Of a stretch of DNA of 64,000 nucleotides, positions 41,172 through 50,795 are shown one piece after another (within the stretch, counting starts at the first letter, position 1; each line of letters begins with the position of its first letter). Below the pieces are notes generated by a model. That model was not told the DNA's origin. It worked only from the letters and a program-made list of their open reading frames with translations, and did no database searches. The stretch is from Candidatus Heimdallarchaeota archaeon (lineage in GTDB: Archaea > Asgardarchaeota > Heimdallarchaeia > Heimdallarchaeales > Heimdallarchaeaceae), in assembly GCA_019057815.1 (NCBI GenBank), contig JAHLWR010000012.1, positions 1-64,000 of the forward strand, written 5' to 3'. The position numbers were made by a program, and so were the translations under genes.

Positions 41172-42178
41172 ATATTTTTCTTTCAATTAATGATTTATTC
41201 TGCTTGATTGTAAATTTACTTACAATAACTCTTATATTGTGGAAATGGAAGAAATTTAAGTATCGAAGTGTTAAAATATTAATGATATTATACCTTGCTA
41301 TAGTAGTTTTCCATAATTTAAGCGATTTCTTGGAATATTTTGCAGATATCCGCGTTCTAACAGCTTATGAGGATTATGTCCAAATAGCTGAACCTTTATT
41401 GTGGGGTTTCTTCGTTTTTACTCTTTTACTAGAGCGAGTAAACAAGAATCTTATTGAAAGTAAAGAGATTATTGAAGAAAAAAGCAATTATACTGATTTA
41501 CTCCTAGATATTATTTCACATGATCTTGCAAATTACAATCAAGTTATTAATGGCTATTTAACAATTCTAATGGAAGAGGATATAGAAGATGAAATTATTT
41601 TAGGTTTAATTCACAAAATTAAAAAATCTGTTTTAAATTCAGATTTGCTTTTTGATAATATACGAATTCTTAGTAAGCTAGAAATGCAAAAAATAGAGCA
41701 GAAAAAAATAGATATAATACCCATTCTCAAATCAGCAGAAGAAAAAGTCCATTTGATATATCCGAGTGTAAATTTCAAAATAAAAAGGAATTTTGAAGGA
41801 AAGAACTATTATGTTCTTGGAAATGAAATATTCGAAAATGTTGCCATAAATCTGCTAACTAATGCGATAAGAAATAAGAAGAAGAATCAAGACAAAATCA
41901 TAGTTGAGGTTGAAATTAAACAAGAGGATGAAGAAACAGTTATATCACTTATGGATCATGGTAAAGGAATATTAGATGAACTTAAGCTTAAGATTTTTGA
42001 TCGTTTTACAGATACTTCTCAAAAAAGTAAAGGTAGAGGACTAGGTTTATCAATATCTAAACGTATTATTGAAGGTCTAGGGGGAAAAATCTGGGTAGAG
42101 AACAGACCAGACTCTTTGCATGATTACTCTTCTGGTTCTGTGTTTAAGATAGTACTCAAATCTGCACACTCTAATTAA
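41168..42178 (+). CDS. Membrane sensor histidine kinase
   Basis: SHDL.N H-box, NLLTNAI, D.G.GI, GRGLGL. Confidence 0.92.
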   Translation: MNIFLSINDLFCLIVNLLTITLILWKWKKFKYRSVKILMILYLAIVVFHNLSDFLEYFADIRVLTAYEDYVQIAEPLLWGFFVFTLLLERVNKNLIESKEIIEEKSNYTDLLLDIISHDLANYNQVINGYLTILMEEDIEDEIILGLIHKIKKSVLNSDLLFDNIRILSKLEMQKIEQKKIDIIPILKSAEEKVHLIYPSVNFKIKRNFEGKNYYVLGNEIFENVAINLLTNAIRNKKKNQDKIIVEVEIKQEDEETVISLMDHGKGILDELKLKIFDRFTDTSQKSKGRGLGLSISKRIIEGLGGKIWVENRPDSLHDYSSGSVFKIVLKSAHSN

Positions 42179-42219
42179 GTTTGAAATATTCAAAAATAAA
42201 ACCGAAAAGGGTATTCAAC

Positions 42220-42309
42220 ATGGTTTCAGTAGTGATTGTTGATGACATTGCAGATTTTATACGAAACTTATTACAGAGATTATATGACAACATGCCAATA
42301 GGTAGTTAA
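42220..42309 (+). pseudogene. Truncated response-regulator receiver N-terminus
   Basis: MVSVVIVDDIADF... directly after the kinase; stops after 29 codons. Confidence 0.55.
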
Positions 42310-42310
42310 G

Positions 42311-43101
42311 ATGGCTTTGAAATTAGAATTATAGGTCTTGGTTACATAGGTTCAGAGATAATTAGGAATCTATACAGTTTTAAACATAAAATTGAGCTTA
42401 ATGCAGTTTTTGATATAAAAAGGGATAAAATGGAAAAAGTAACTAATCTACATCCTAATGTCAGATTCATGTCTTTTATAACTGATTTCGATAATTGTGA
42501 TATTATAGTTGAATCAGCTACGCAACAAGTTGTTGAAACTGTTTTTGATAAGGTGATTCAATCTGGAAAGATTTTCCTTCCAATGAGTATTGGAGCTTTT
42601 ATTTCCTATGATAATCTTTACTTGAAATATACACAATTAGAAGAATCACAAAAAAAACTTATCAAACTACCATCAGGGGCTATAGGTGGATTTGATTGCA
42701 TAGACGCCTTAAACCTTGTAGGAATTCAAAAAGCTAAGTTGACTACTAGAAAACCACTAAATGTTTTTGAAAATCATAAATATGTTAAAGACCATGATCT
42801 GAAGCTTTCAGAGAAAGAAAAAACACTAATTTTTAAAGGAAACGCAAAAAAAGCTGCACAAATATTTCCTAGAAGTATTAATGTTGCTGCAAGATTAGCT
42901 CTTTCAACTGTAGGTTCAGAACAAACAGCTGTAGAAATTTACTCTGATCCGTTAATAAATAAGAACATTCACGAAATAGAAATAAGCTCAGATGTTGGAG
43001 ATTATAAATTTTCTTTCCAAAATAATCCTTCACCTACAAATCCAAGAACAAGTTGGTTAGCAGCATTATCCATATTAGAAGTTCTTGGAAACATGATTTG
43101 A
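42311..43101 (+). CDS. nadX: L-aspartate dehydrogenase with an apparent -1 frameshift near 42325
   Basis: IIGLGYIG Rossmann motif lies upstream of ORF 42430 in the same frame; PSGAIGG.D, FP.SINVAA, NP.TS.LAALS; the ATG at 42311 is out of frame by one base. Confidence 0.82.
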
Positions 43102-43283
43102 ATTTATCTGTTTCAAAGCTATACCTAAGAGAAAAGTAATTGATAGTTGATATCTATAAACTCCAAGTCTCGAAGATTCCTGAAAAGCTAAGAAAGCTAT
43201 AAAGGAAGAAAAAAGAAGAAAAGAAGAGAAGCTATAATGAAATAGCCTAGTTTGAGAGAAAATTTAACTTCAAATTTTTTCGT

Positions 43284-44150
43284 TTACTTTTTGACTCCTA
43301 CAACTGTGATACTTTGAACTAGTTCGTTAATGTTTTCTAAATCTTCTGAAAATATTAGATCATCCTCGGGTAAAGTGCTAGCAATTTGTTCAATTTCCTC
43401 TGTAGGTGTAGAAGTCTCTTCTACTATTTCTATATCTTTAAATCCTGCATTCATAATATATTCTAGATACTTATCCTTTAGTACAGCTCCAGCAACACAA
43501 CCAACTAACGCTGTTTTATTATTTTTAATAGACTTAGGAAGTGGTTTCAATAGAACCAAATCAGAGATTGTTATCTTACCATCTAGCTTCAATACTCTAT
43601 AAGCTTCATCAAACACTTTTTGTTTTTCAGGTGAAAGATTGATTACGCAATTAGACATAACTAAATCCACAGAATTATCTGCTGCTGGTATATTTTCTAT
43701 TTCTCCAAGTCTGAATTCGACATTTGTGTAATTGTTTATTTGTGCGTTTTTTCTAGCTAAATCAATCATATCTGGTGTCATATCAATTCCAATAACTTTA
43801 CCTGTTTCACCTACTTTTCTAGATGCAAGGAAACAGTCAAAACCAGCTCCAGAACCGAGATCTAATACAACATCTCCCTCTTCTAATCCAGCTATGGCTG
43901 TAGGATTTCCACAACCTAAACCAAGATTGGATTCTTCTGGAACGAGATTCATTTCATCTGATGAATAACCAATACTTTTGCTAATATCTCTAGGAGAAGA
44001 GCTACAGCAACTAGAACTTTCGCTTGTGTCTCTCGAAGAAGAACCACAACAACTAGATTTTTTTTCCTCTTTTTCTATATTAACTTTGTTTGAACGAGCA
44101 ACTTTAGCATAAGCATCCCGTACAGTCTTTCTAACTTCACTATTTTCCAT
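43284..44150 (-). CDS. arsM: Arsenite S-adenosylmethyltransferase
   Basis: CC motifs, GLGCGNP, VLDLGSGAGFDCFLA, SNCVINL, GCVAGA. Confidence 0.93.
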   Translation of the reverse strand: MENSEVRKTVRDAYAKVARSNKVNIEKEEKKSSCCGSSSRDTSESSSCCSSSPRDISKSIGYSSDEMNLVPEESNLGLGCGNPTAIAGLEEGDVVLDLGSGAGFDCFLASRKVGETGKVIGIDMTPDMIDLARKNAQINNYTNVEFRLGEIENIPAADNSVDLVMSNCVINLSPEKQKVFDEAYRVLKLDGKITISDLVLLKPLPKSIKNNKTALVGCVAGAVLKDKYLEYIMNAGFKDIEIVEETSTPTEEIEQIASTLPEDDLIFSEDLENINELVQSITVVGVKK

Positions 44151-44160
44151 TATTATACCT

Positions 44161-44442
44161 CTATTCTGCAAATATTTCTTTCATGACAGGATTGAGAGTG
44201 TCCTTAACCACAATGTTAAATTTATCAGTTTTATACAGGCAAATACCTGCTATTTCACCCTTTGATTGAAGTCTAACAACAACAAGTTTAGTTCCTTCGG
44301 TTAAACCTGCGTCTTTTCTTAGATCCCGAGGAAGTACAATTTGTCCCCGACTATCAATTTGAACTATTCCTTCGATTTCGCAGCAACTAACAGCTTTATC
44401 TTCTGATGAACAACATTCTTCAGTTTCTTTACTATCATTCAA
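44161..44442 (-). CDS. AbrB-type regulator with N-terminal CC motifs (HgcAB-associated-protein-like)
   Basis: CC....CCEIEGIVQIDSRGQIVLPRDLR; TTG start after a GGTGA RBS. Confidence 0.78.
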   Translation of the reverse strand: MNDSKETEECCSSEDKAVSCCEIEGIVQIDSRGQIVLPRDLRKDAGLTEGTKLVVVRLQSKGEIAGICLYKTDKFNIVVKDTLNPVMKEIFAE

Positions 44443-44490
44443 ACCTATCACCTTGAGTAAACAAACATTAGTGGATAGATATAAGGTTGT

Positions 44491-44517
44491 CGAAATTTCC
44501 GAAATTTCCGAAAATTC
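44491..44517. promoter_or_regulatory. Three 9-bp tandem repeats (CGAAATTTC), probable operator
   Basis: cgaaatttc cgaaatttc cgaaaattc, next to the TATA region upstream of the AbrB-arsM operon. Confidence 0.55.
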
Positions 44518-44586
44518 AGCATTATCTACTTGAAACAATTTTGAATTCTATAATTAGACTTTATCTAAGTAAAAAAAGTAAGAAAA

Positions 44587-44650
44587 GTCAACAGTTAGCT
44601 TGATAAGGGATTCCTTTTGTCGAAAGAAAAATTCGACTTAGTTTTGGTTA
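44587..44650 (+). repeat. Diverged copy of the Cas1-element right end
   Basis: gtcaacagttagcttgataagggattccttttgtcgaaagaaaaattcgacttagttttgg matches the reverse complement of ~7100-7162 and retains GTCG-N11-CGAC at 44619-44637. Confidence 0.88.
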
Positions 44651-44876
44651 GAGGAGCACGGATTCTTATGGGTTATATGATTTCAATAGCAGATTGATGA
44701 TAGATTTCGTTAAGCAGATTGTGGGGGAGCAAGAATGATTTTGTCTTTGCGTGGAGACTTTTTTCTAGAAAGATGCTACTATTCTAAAAATCGTTTAAAA
44801 TGGCTCATTCTTCAGTTCAATCATCTTGAAAGCTAATCAAGAAAATTATTAAAGGACAGCGTAATACATTATTGAG

Positions 44877-45503
44877 TTACTTACTTTTATGACTCTTAAA
44901 TCTCTCTCCTGGTTCAACAATCAATATATCGTTTTTCTCAAGTTCTTCGTAAGCATGGTTTTCTTGAACTAATGGTTTTTTGATTCTCTTCCATCTAAAT
45001 CTTATTTTTGATCTATAAATTATATTCATGATTTCATAGATTCCCGATTCAATATCATTCATTTTATTTTGTAATTTTTGTTCAAAATCATCTACAGGAT
45101 TTCCGCTAAGGTCTTTCATAATAATTTCATTGATTTCTTTATATGCATAGTAGATTTTATTTATTTTTTCACTATTTTGCGTAGATATTTTAAGCAGAAT
45201 ACTCACTTTATTTCTTAAAATATCCAAATCTATCTTGAAATTTGTGAGAGATAACTTTATTTTTTCACGTAAAGGTACTTTTAAATTAATTTTGTTCTTA
45301 TTTGATCTCTGAATAATCCATTGATTAACAAGAGATGTTAAATTTGTAATTCTTCTTAATAATTTGCATGTTTCTGTCAATAACGATTTTACTGTTCTTA
45401 GTGTATGTTGCTTTCTCTGATATCGATTAGCAATACAACCCGCGATTAGGGCAGCAATTATAGTACTTCCACCTATAATTATACTAGGCAACCATTCAAC
45501 CAT
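44877..45503 (-). CDS. Orphan hypothetical protein with N-terminal TM and helical body
   Basis: ATG after a GAAGGTGA RBS; TM IIIGGSTIIAALIAG; very AT-rich. Confidence 0.65.
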   Translation of the reverse strand: MVEWLPSIIIGGSTIIAALIAGCIANRYQRKQHTLRTVKSLLTETCKLLRRITNLTSLVNQWIIQRSNKNKINLKVPLREKIKLSLTNFKIDLDILRNKVSILLKISTQNSEKINKIYYAYKEINEIIMKDLSGNPVDDFEQKLQNKMNDIESGIYEIMNIIYRSKIRFRWKRIKKPLVQENHAYEELEKNDILIVEPGERFKSHKSK

Positions 45504-45578
45504 AAGTTCACCTTCAAAGCCATAATTTAAGAGTTTAAAAATCTTCTCAGAAATCGACAAGAGATATTTCTTTTTTTC

Positions 45579-45650
45579 CAGGTCAACAGATAGTTATATA
45601 AGGGAATCATTTTGAAAACTTCGACTTAGTTTTGGTTAATAAGTGAAAAG
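45579..45650 (+). repeat. Copy of the Cas1-element right end
   Basis: caggtcaacagatagttatataagggaatcattttgaaaacttcgacttagttttggttaataagtgaaa matches the reverse complement of ~7089-7165 with a small internal deletion. Confidence 0.9.
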
Positions 45651-45904
45651 GGTAAAGAATGGAGTAAAAAAAGATTTAGTGACCCCAATATTAAAATCTT
45701 TAATTGTCCTACAAGTGAAGTACAATTCCTCATACAAAGATTCTTCCAATGCAATAGTTGTGAAAAAAAAGTCTCCAAAGAAGAATTATCTCAAATTATT
45801 AAGGAATTGATTATTTTTAATTGGATATGCTAGCATGTGGTGAATGTCAACAGAATAAAAGCGTGTAATGTAGAATATCCTCTTACTACCAACTATTATC
45901 AAAA

Positions 45905-46852
45905 TTATTTCATGAAATTAGATTTGAGTTTCTCATAAGGAATATTGTTAAATGGGCAAACTTTGATGCAGATACTGCAACCAAATTCATTGACGAAATG
46001 TGGCATACATTTTGTATTCTCAATATGAGTTATTCTACCACTCGAATGTTCTATAGCTTCATCGTATATCGCTCCACCTGGACATTCTTTTATACAAAGA
46101 CGGCATTGGTCACAATAATCACTTACCCAAGTATGTTCATTGTTCTCACTAAATGGCAAATTTTCTATACTTGTATAAACAGCAGTAAGTCGAAACCTTG
46201 GACCATATTCAGGGGAGATCATTATTCCAGAGTACCCAATCCAAGCAAGTCCTGCTCTTTGGGCCATAGGAGGGTAGAGAGCTGCTCCCATCAAAGGATG
46301 ACCTGCGTGTGCAGAGAAACCTTTCTTACGAAGAAAACGTGAGATTTTATTTGATATGATTCCTAATTCATCATAGGTTCTCATAACTTCATGTTGACAA
46401 TTTAAGCTAGGTGCTGTATCTATCTTATCCTTTTGCATTTCAAATCCTAGAACAATAGCATTTGGATGAAGAACAGCTTTATTTTTGAAGACTAATTGTT
46501 TAGAAAGTTTTGCAAAACCAATCAATCCTGCACCTTTCTTTTCAGCAAAATCCTTTAATTGTTGAAGCTCTGCCGCTGTAATTTCCTTTTTTGGATTTTT
46601 CGGATTGTTTTTCAGTGTATTTACAGTTTTGAACTCATTTCGAAATATAGAAACCATAGTAGGTATGATTTTCAGTCCAAATCCAGTTCGTTTACCATAT
46701 TTTGAACCTTCGATCATTAATTCATATCTAGCAGGGGAATCTTCGCTATATTTGAGAGTGCTATCGAGCTTCGATAAGTCATTCTCTTTCTTAAAGAGTT
46801 TTCCCATAATCTTCAAAATTGATTTTTCTTGAAATTTATCCATTAAAATCAC
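45905..46852 (-). CDS. 4Fe-4S dicluster protein, reductive dehalogenase/QueG-like
   Basis: AGLAWIGYSG..ISPEYGPRFRL, CDQCRLCIKECP, CSICIKVCPF. Confidence 0.82.
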   Translation of the reverse strand: MILMDKFQEKSILKIMGKLFKKENDLSKLDSTLKYSEDSPARYELMIEGSKYGKRTGFGLKIIPTMVSIFRNEFKTVNTLKNNPKNPKKEITAAELQQLKDFAEKKGAGLIGFAKLSKQLVFKNKAVLHPNAIVLGFEMQKDKIDTAPSLNCQHEVMRTYDELGIISNKISRFLRKKGFSAHAGHPLMGAALYPPMAQRAGLAWIGYSGIMISPEYGPRFRLTAVYTSIENLPFSENNEHTWVSDYCDQCRLCIKECPGGAIYDEAIEHSSGRITHIENTKCMPHFVNEFGCSICIKVCPFNNIPYEKLKSNFMK

Positions 46853-47041
46853 ATTATTACAAGCAAAATATATGACTTAAGTATATACCTTACCCTTTTA
46901 AATTTAGCTCAGACTTTTACTTTACTGTTCTTACAAGATTACATACAAAAAGAATATGTAAAAAACTGACTAAATCTCTGAATTTAGTCACAAACACTCA
47001 AGAGCTAGGACAAGTAAAATCTCTTGAAGGTAGATTGATTG

Positions 47042-47818
47042 AAGATTTCTGTAATGTAACTAATTATTGGGTAGTTGATGCAAGCAAAGATAATATCTAT
47101 GTTTTTTTCTTCCTGAAATATCAAACGTATTATTAATAGTCGTTTCAATAATAACAACTAACTGACCCAATTAGTCTAAAACTATTTTATTTCAATTTGG
47201 TTTCTACATATTGAAATATATCATCATAAAGTAGTTTTGCATAAGCTTCATTCATGACTTGTACTGGTAATGGTTTATTATCCATATCTATTGAAATCTC
47301 TTTATCACACCACTTGACTGGTAATATCTTCAAATCATTATCTCTGAAACCTAATCTGAAATCATGTTCTAAACAATTTCTAATGATACGGGTAAAATCA
47401 TACCAATTAGCTTTTTTCAATTTGGGTAATTGATTAGTTTCCTTAGCATAAAATTTAGCTGTCTCAAAAGTGTCTTTAATGAAACTTCTAAGAATTGATT
47501 TCATGTGCTCTGTTAGTATTTTTTCTTTCTTTTCTTTAGACATTAGTATAGCTTTCATTGGTTCTAAATTAAATGAAACTTTAGCTTCTGGGAACTTTAG
47601 GTTCATTAGATCTATCTTACTTGGAATTTTCTTAGAATCGGAATTTTTTATTAGATATCCTCCTAAACAACCAACTATATAGTTGTTAAATGCTGTTCTT
47701 AACGGTCCTAAAACATACTCTTTGTTCATTCTTCTAGCATATAGAAAATTTACTTTTTAAGATTTCTGTAATGTAATTTATGATTGGATTTTTGATGCAA
47801 GCAAAGATAATATCTATG
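47042..47818 (+). repeat. 60-bp direct repeats at 47042-47101 and 47759-47818 flanking one ORF
   Basis: aagatttctgtaatgtaa...ttgatgcaagcaaagataatatctatg, 54/60 identical. Confidence 0.9.
47187..47729 (-). CDS. Hypothetical protein with an Rx4H (HEPN-like) motif
   Basis: 180-aa mainly helical ORF containing IIRNCLEH. Confidence 0.65.
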   Translation of the reverse strand: MNKEYVLGPLRTAFNNYIVGCLGGYLIKNSDSKKIPSKIDLMNLKFPEAKVSFNLEPMKAILMSKEKKEKILTEHMKSILRSFIKDTFETAKFYAKETNQLPKLKKANWYDFTRIIRNCLEHDFRLGFRDNDLKILPVKWCDKEISIDMDNKPLPVQVMNEAYAKLLYDDIFQYVETKLK

Positions 47819-47906
47819 ATGCTGTTAAACCACAATCTCAATGAGGATAATTGTGTATCAATGTTAGAATTTAGCCTTGAAGTTACTCTAACATATTTTT
47901 GACCGA

Positions 47907-49298
47907 TCAATTCAACTTTTGTGATGCGGTTCTAGGAATAATTTGTCCTGTTCCTGCTTTTGCAGTTATCTTACCATCTTCGTAGACTACATACCCACGT
48001 CTAATAGTTACTCTAGGCCATCCTGTGTATGATTGTCCATTATAAACAGAAAATCCTGCTTGGGAGAACATATCTTCATCTCTAATAACACGTTCTTCAT
48101 CCAAATCCCAAAGAACAAGATCAGCATCAGAACCAATCTGTATAGTTCCTTTTCTTGGATAGAGACCAAACAGTTTTGCTGTATTCGTTGATGTCAATTC
48201 AATAAACCTTTCTAATGTAATTTTTCCGGAAGCAACTCCTTTTGAGTATAACATTGGCAACATTACTTGAAGTTCATTTATTCCTGGAACTAATTTGTTA
48301 ATATTGAGTTCAGGGTTCAGTTTTTGATCTCGAGTGTGAGGTGCATGATCAGTTGCAACTGTATTTATTGAACCGCCTTTCAATCCCTTCCATAGTGCCT
48401 TTACATCTGATTTTTCTCTTAATGGTGGTTGAACAACATAAAGTGCCCCTTCCGGTTCGAGATATTTTTCTCGAGTTAGATAGAGGAAAATTGGTCGTCC
48501 TTCAACAAATACTGGAATATTCTTAGTTTGAGCTTTTTCACAAATATTGAGAGCCTGTTCTGAAGAAAGATGAACAATATAAATAGGCGCTCTAGTTGAA
48601 TTGGATATATCAACTGCTTTTTGTGTAGCAACCGATTCTGATTTCACAGGTCTACTATCAGCATAATGCTTTAATGATTCTTTCCCATCTTCAGTCATCT
48701 TTTCACAAGTTGTTTTAATGATCTCATTATCTTCACAATGTATCATAGAGAGCATTTCATTATCCTTTGCAGCTTGAATTGCTTTTATGTACATTTCCTC
48801 ATTAGCATCATAATCATTCGTAACCATGAAGATCTTAATAGTATTACATCCCTTCTCCATCAATTTGGGTATTTCTCGAATGGTTTCATCTGTTGGGGTG
48901 AATATTACTGGGTGGATAATGAAGTCAGCTATTGCATGCTCAATAATCGATTTCGTTTCCCTTTCAATAGTTCCTAATGGGGTTTCCTTTCTATCAGGAA
49001 CTGAAATGCAACCAAGAGTAGTTATTCCTCCAGCAATTGCTGCTTTTGATCCACTCTCAAAATCATCAGACCATCGGAATTCCTCTGAAACATAAGCAGG
49101 TAATGAGAGATGAACATGTGGATCTATTCCTCCTGGCATAATTACTAAATTTCCAGCATTAATCTCCTTTGCTGATCCAGAAGTAGTTTTTAATTCTTGA
49201 CCGATTTCATTGATTTTTTCATCAATGATTCGAATATCTGCTTTGATACGTCCAGTTTCAGTAAATATCAAACCATTACGGATTACTATTTCGCTCAT
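47907..49298 (-). CDS. hydA: Dihydropyrimidinase/D-hydantoinase
   Basis: PGGIDPHVH, DDFESGSKAAIAGG, HCED, VHLS, TDHAP, GSDADLV. Confidence 0.9.
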   Translation of the reverse strand: MSEIVIRNGLIFTETGRIKADIRIIDEKINEIGQELKTTSGSAKEINAGNLVIMPGGIDPHVHLSLPAYVSEEFRWSDDFESGSKAAIAGGITTLGCISVPDRKETPLGTIERETKSIIEHAIADFIIHPVIFTPTDETIREIPKLMEKGCNTIKIFMVTNDYDANEEMYIKAIQAAKDNEMLSMIHCEDNEIIKTTCEKMTEDGKESLKHYADSRPVKSESVATQKAVDISNSTRAPIYIVHLSSEQALNICEKAQTKNIPVFVEGRPIFLYLTREKYLEPEGALYVVQPPLREKSDVKALWKGLKGGSINTVATDHAPHTRDQKLNPELNINKLVPGINELQVMLPMLYSKGVASGKITLERFIELTSTNTAKLFGLYPRKGTIQIGSDADLVLWDLDEERVIRDEDMFSQAGFSVYNGQSYTGWPRVTIRRGYVVYEDGKITAKAGTGQIIPRTASQKLN

Positions 49299-49395
49299 AT
49301 AAAACCCACCAATTTCATAATAGGATTTAGACTATTAAACAAATTCGTCTATTTTAGTTATACAATTCCTAGTTTCTTCCTTTCTTCTTCAGTAT

Positions 49396-49451
49396 ATAGG
49401 TTTTTACCTCCTAATTAGGTTGATTAAGAGCGATAAGCGCATAAATAGCAT
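49396..49451 (-). pseudogene. Decayed duplicate of the TrmB gene 5' end (50693-50748)
   Basis: gattaagagcgataagcgcat is shared; translates AIYALIALNQPN*EVKTY versus AINALIALNLPKWEARTY. Confidence 0.7.
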
Positions 49452-49608
49452 CTACATGGTTGTTTTAAATTCCATAATTAGACGTATACAAATAAAAAAA
49501 TAAAAAAGGAGAAATCTATTGAAGAATTCTAGATTGGTATTACGTTATTAACAATTACTGTATCATTAAGGGGATATTAATAACGTATGGATTTAGAATT
49601 CTTGATTC

Positions 49609-49764
49609 TTACACCGATATATCTTCTTTCTTTGCTGTATCGAGGTCAGAATTAATATAATGAACTAGGTAATGAGCTACACAGTAGCATTTCCCGTTTA
49701 TAGTATGAATTAGATGTCTATTAGTGGCGTATCCACAGTAACTACATATCGTTTCTTCTTGCAT
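49609..49764 (-). CDS. Small zinc-finger protein, 51 aa, C-x2-C-x17-C-x2-H (absent from the ORF track)
   Basis: MQEETICSYCGYATNRHLIHTINGKCYCVAHYLVHYINSDLDTAKKEDISV*; upstream TATA-like TTTATATA. Confidence 0.65.
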   Translation of the reverse strand: MQEETICSYCGYATNRHLIHTINGKCYCVAHYLVHYINSDLDTAKKEDISV

Positions 49765-49963
49765 TTGGTCATCTTCAACGAATTTAATTAGTTGACTAAT
49801 AGAAAAATGATATATAAAATTATTTATATATTTCCTTTAATAACTATAGAAAGTTTTCAATATATATCACTCTTTGATTATAGAAAGTTTTTTCGAATAA
49901 GAGCGAAGGAAGATGGGAAATTCTTGAATTCACCTTCATATTTGAGAGTTTTTCTAGATGAAA

Positions 49964-50785
49964 CTATTTCTCCACTAATTCTAAGCCTAAACTGTGTAAA
50001 CTAGCATAAATACTGTTATAAAGTTGAATTTGGAAGTGAAGAGCAATCGGGTGTTTTATATTAATTAAAGCAGGAGGGAAATCTTCAAGGGATGGGAAAG
50101 AGATGTTAAGTGAACTTCCAGTTGCTTCTGCTAGATCAACATCAGCAAAAAACATACTTGGTCGTTTAAACAATAATTCTTTGAACCCTTCAGTATTAAG
50201 CAATTTCTTGATGGGAGGAATTTTCTTTACCCTACCATTTGCTGCTAGCTGATAAATTACTATGTTTGTAGAAGTTTTTTTTCGGTCTTCCAAAAGTCCC
50301 ATTAGCATTGCTTCTTCAGCAGGATTGATTAGAAGAATTATAACATTCTTTTGAATATTCTCAATTACACCTTTTAATCCCGCATAAACAGCTTTTTCAC
50401 CTTCAAAATATGAGAATAAATCCTCAACATTTCTTGTTCGTTGAAATCTTTTAGTTTCTTCAAAATACTTTGCTGCTGAATCTGCTTTCATAAGAACTTG
50501 AGATTTAAGAGAATCCAATACGATATCGTAAGGTACTGCAGTAAAAGTGTCAGGTGATCCTTCCTTGATTTGTCTTGTTACAAATGTCTTTTCTACCAAA
50601 CTATTGAGATAACCATAAATTTTGGGTTGGGCAATATCTGCAACTCTAGCTATATCTGAAGCTAGAGAAGAATCTGAACCGTAGAGAGCTACATAGGTTC
50701 TTGCTTCCCATTTAGGTAGATTAAGAGCGATAAGCGCATTAATAGCATTTTCCTTTGAATAGGAATGGGAAGAGAGGTTTGTCAT
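49964..50785 (-). CDS. TrmB-family transcriptional regulator
   Basis: EARTYVAL, ASDIAR.A.I.QPKIYGYL.SL.EK.FV. Confidence 0.88.
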   Translation of the reverse strand: MTNLSSHSYSKENAINALIALNLPKWEARTYVALYGSDSSLASDIARVADIAQPKIYGYLNSLVEKTFVTRQIKEGSPDTFTAVPYDIVLDSLKSQVLMKADSAAKYFEETKRFQRTRNVEDLFSYFEGEKAVYAGLKGVIENIQKNVIILLINPAEEAMLMGLLEDRKKTSTNIVIYQLAANGRVKKIPPIKKLLNTEGFKELLFKRPSMFFADVDLAEATGSSLNISFPSLEDFPPALINIKHPIALHFQIQLYNSIYASLHSLGLELVEK

Positions 50786-50795
50786 CTTTTTACCT

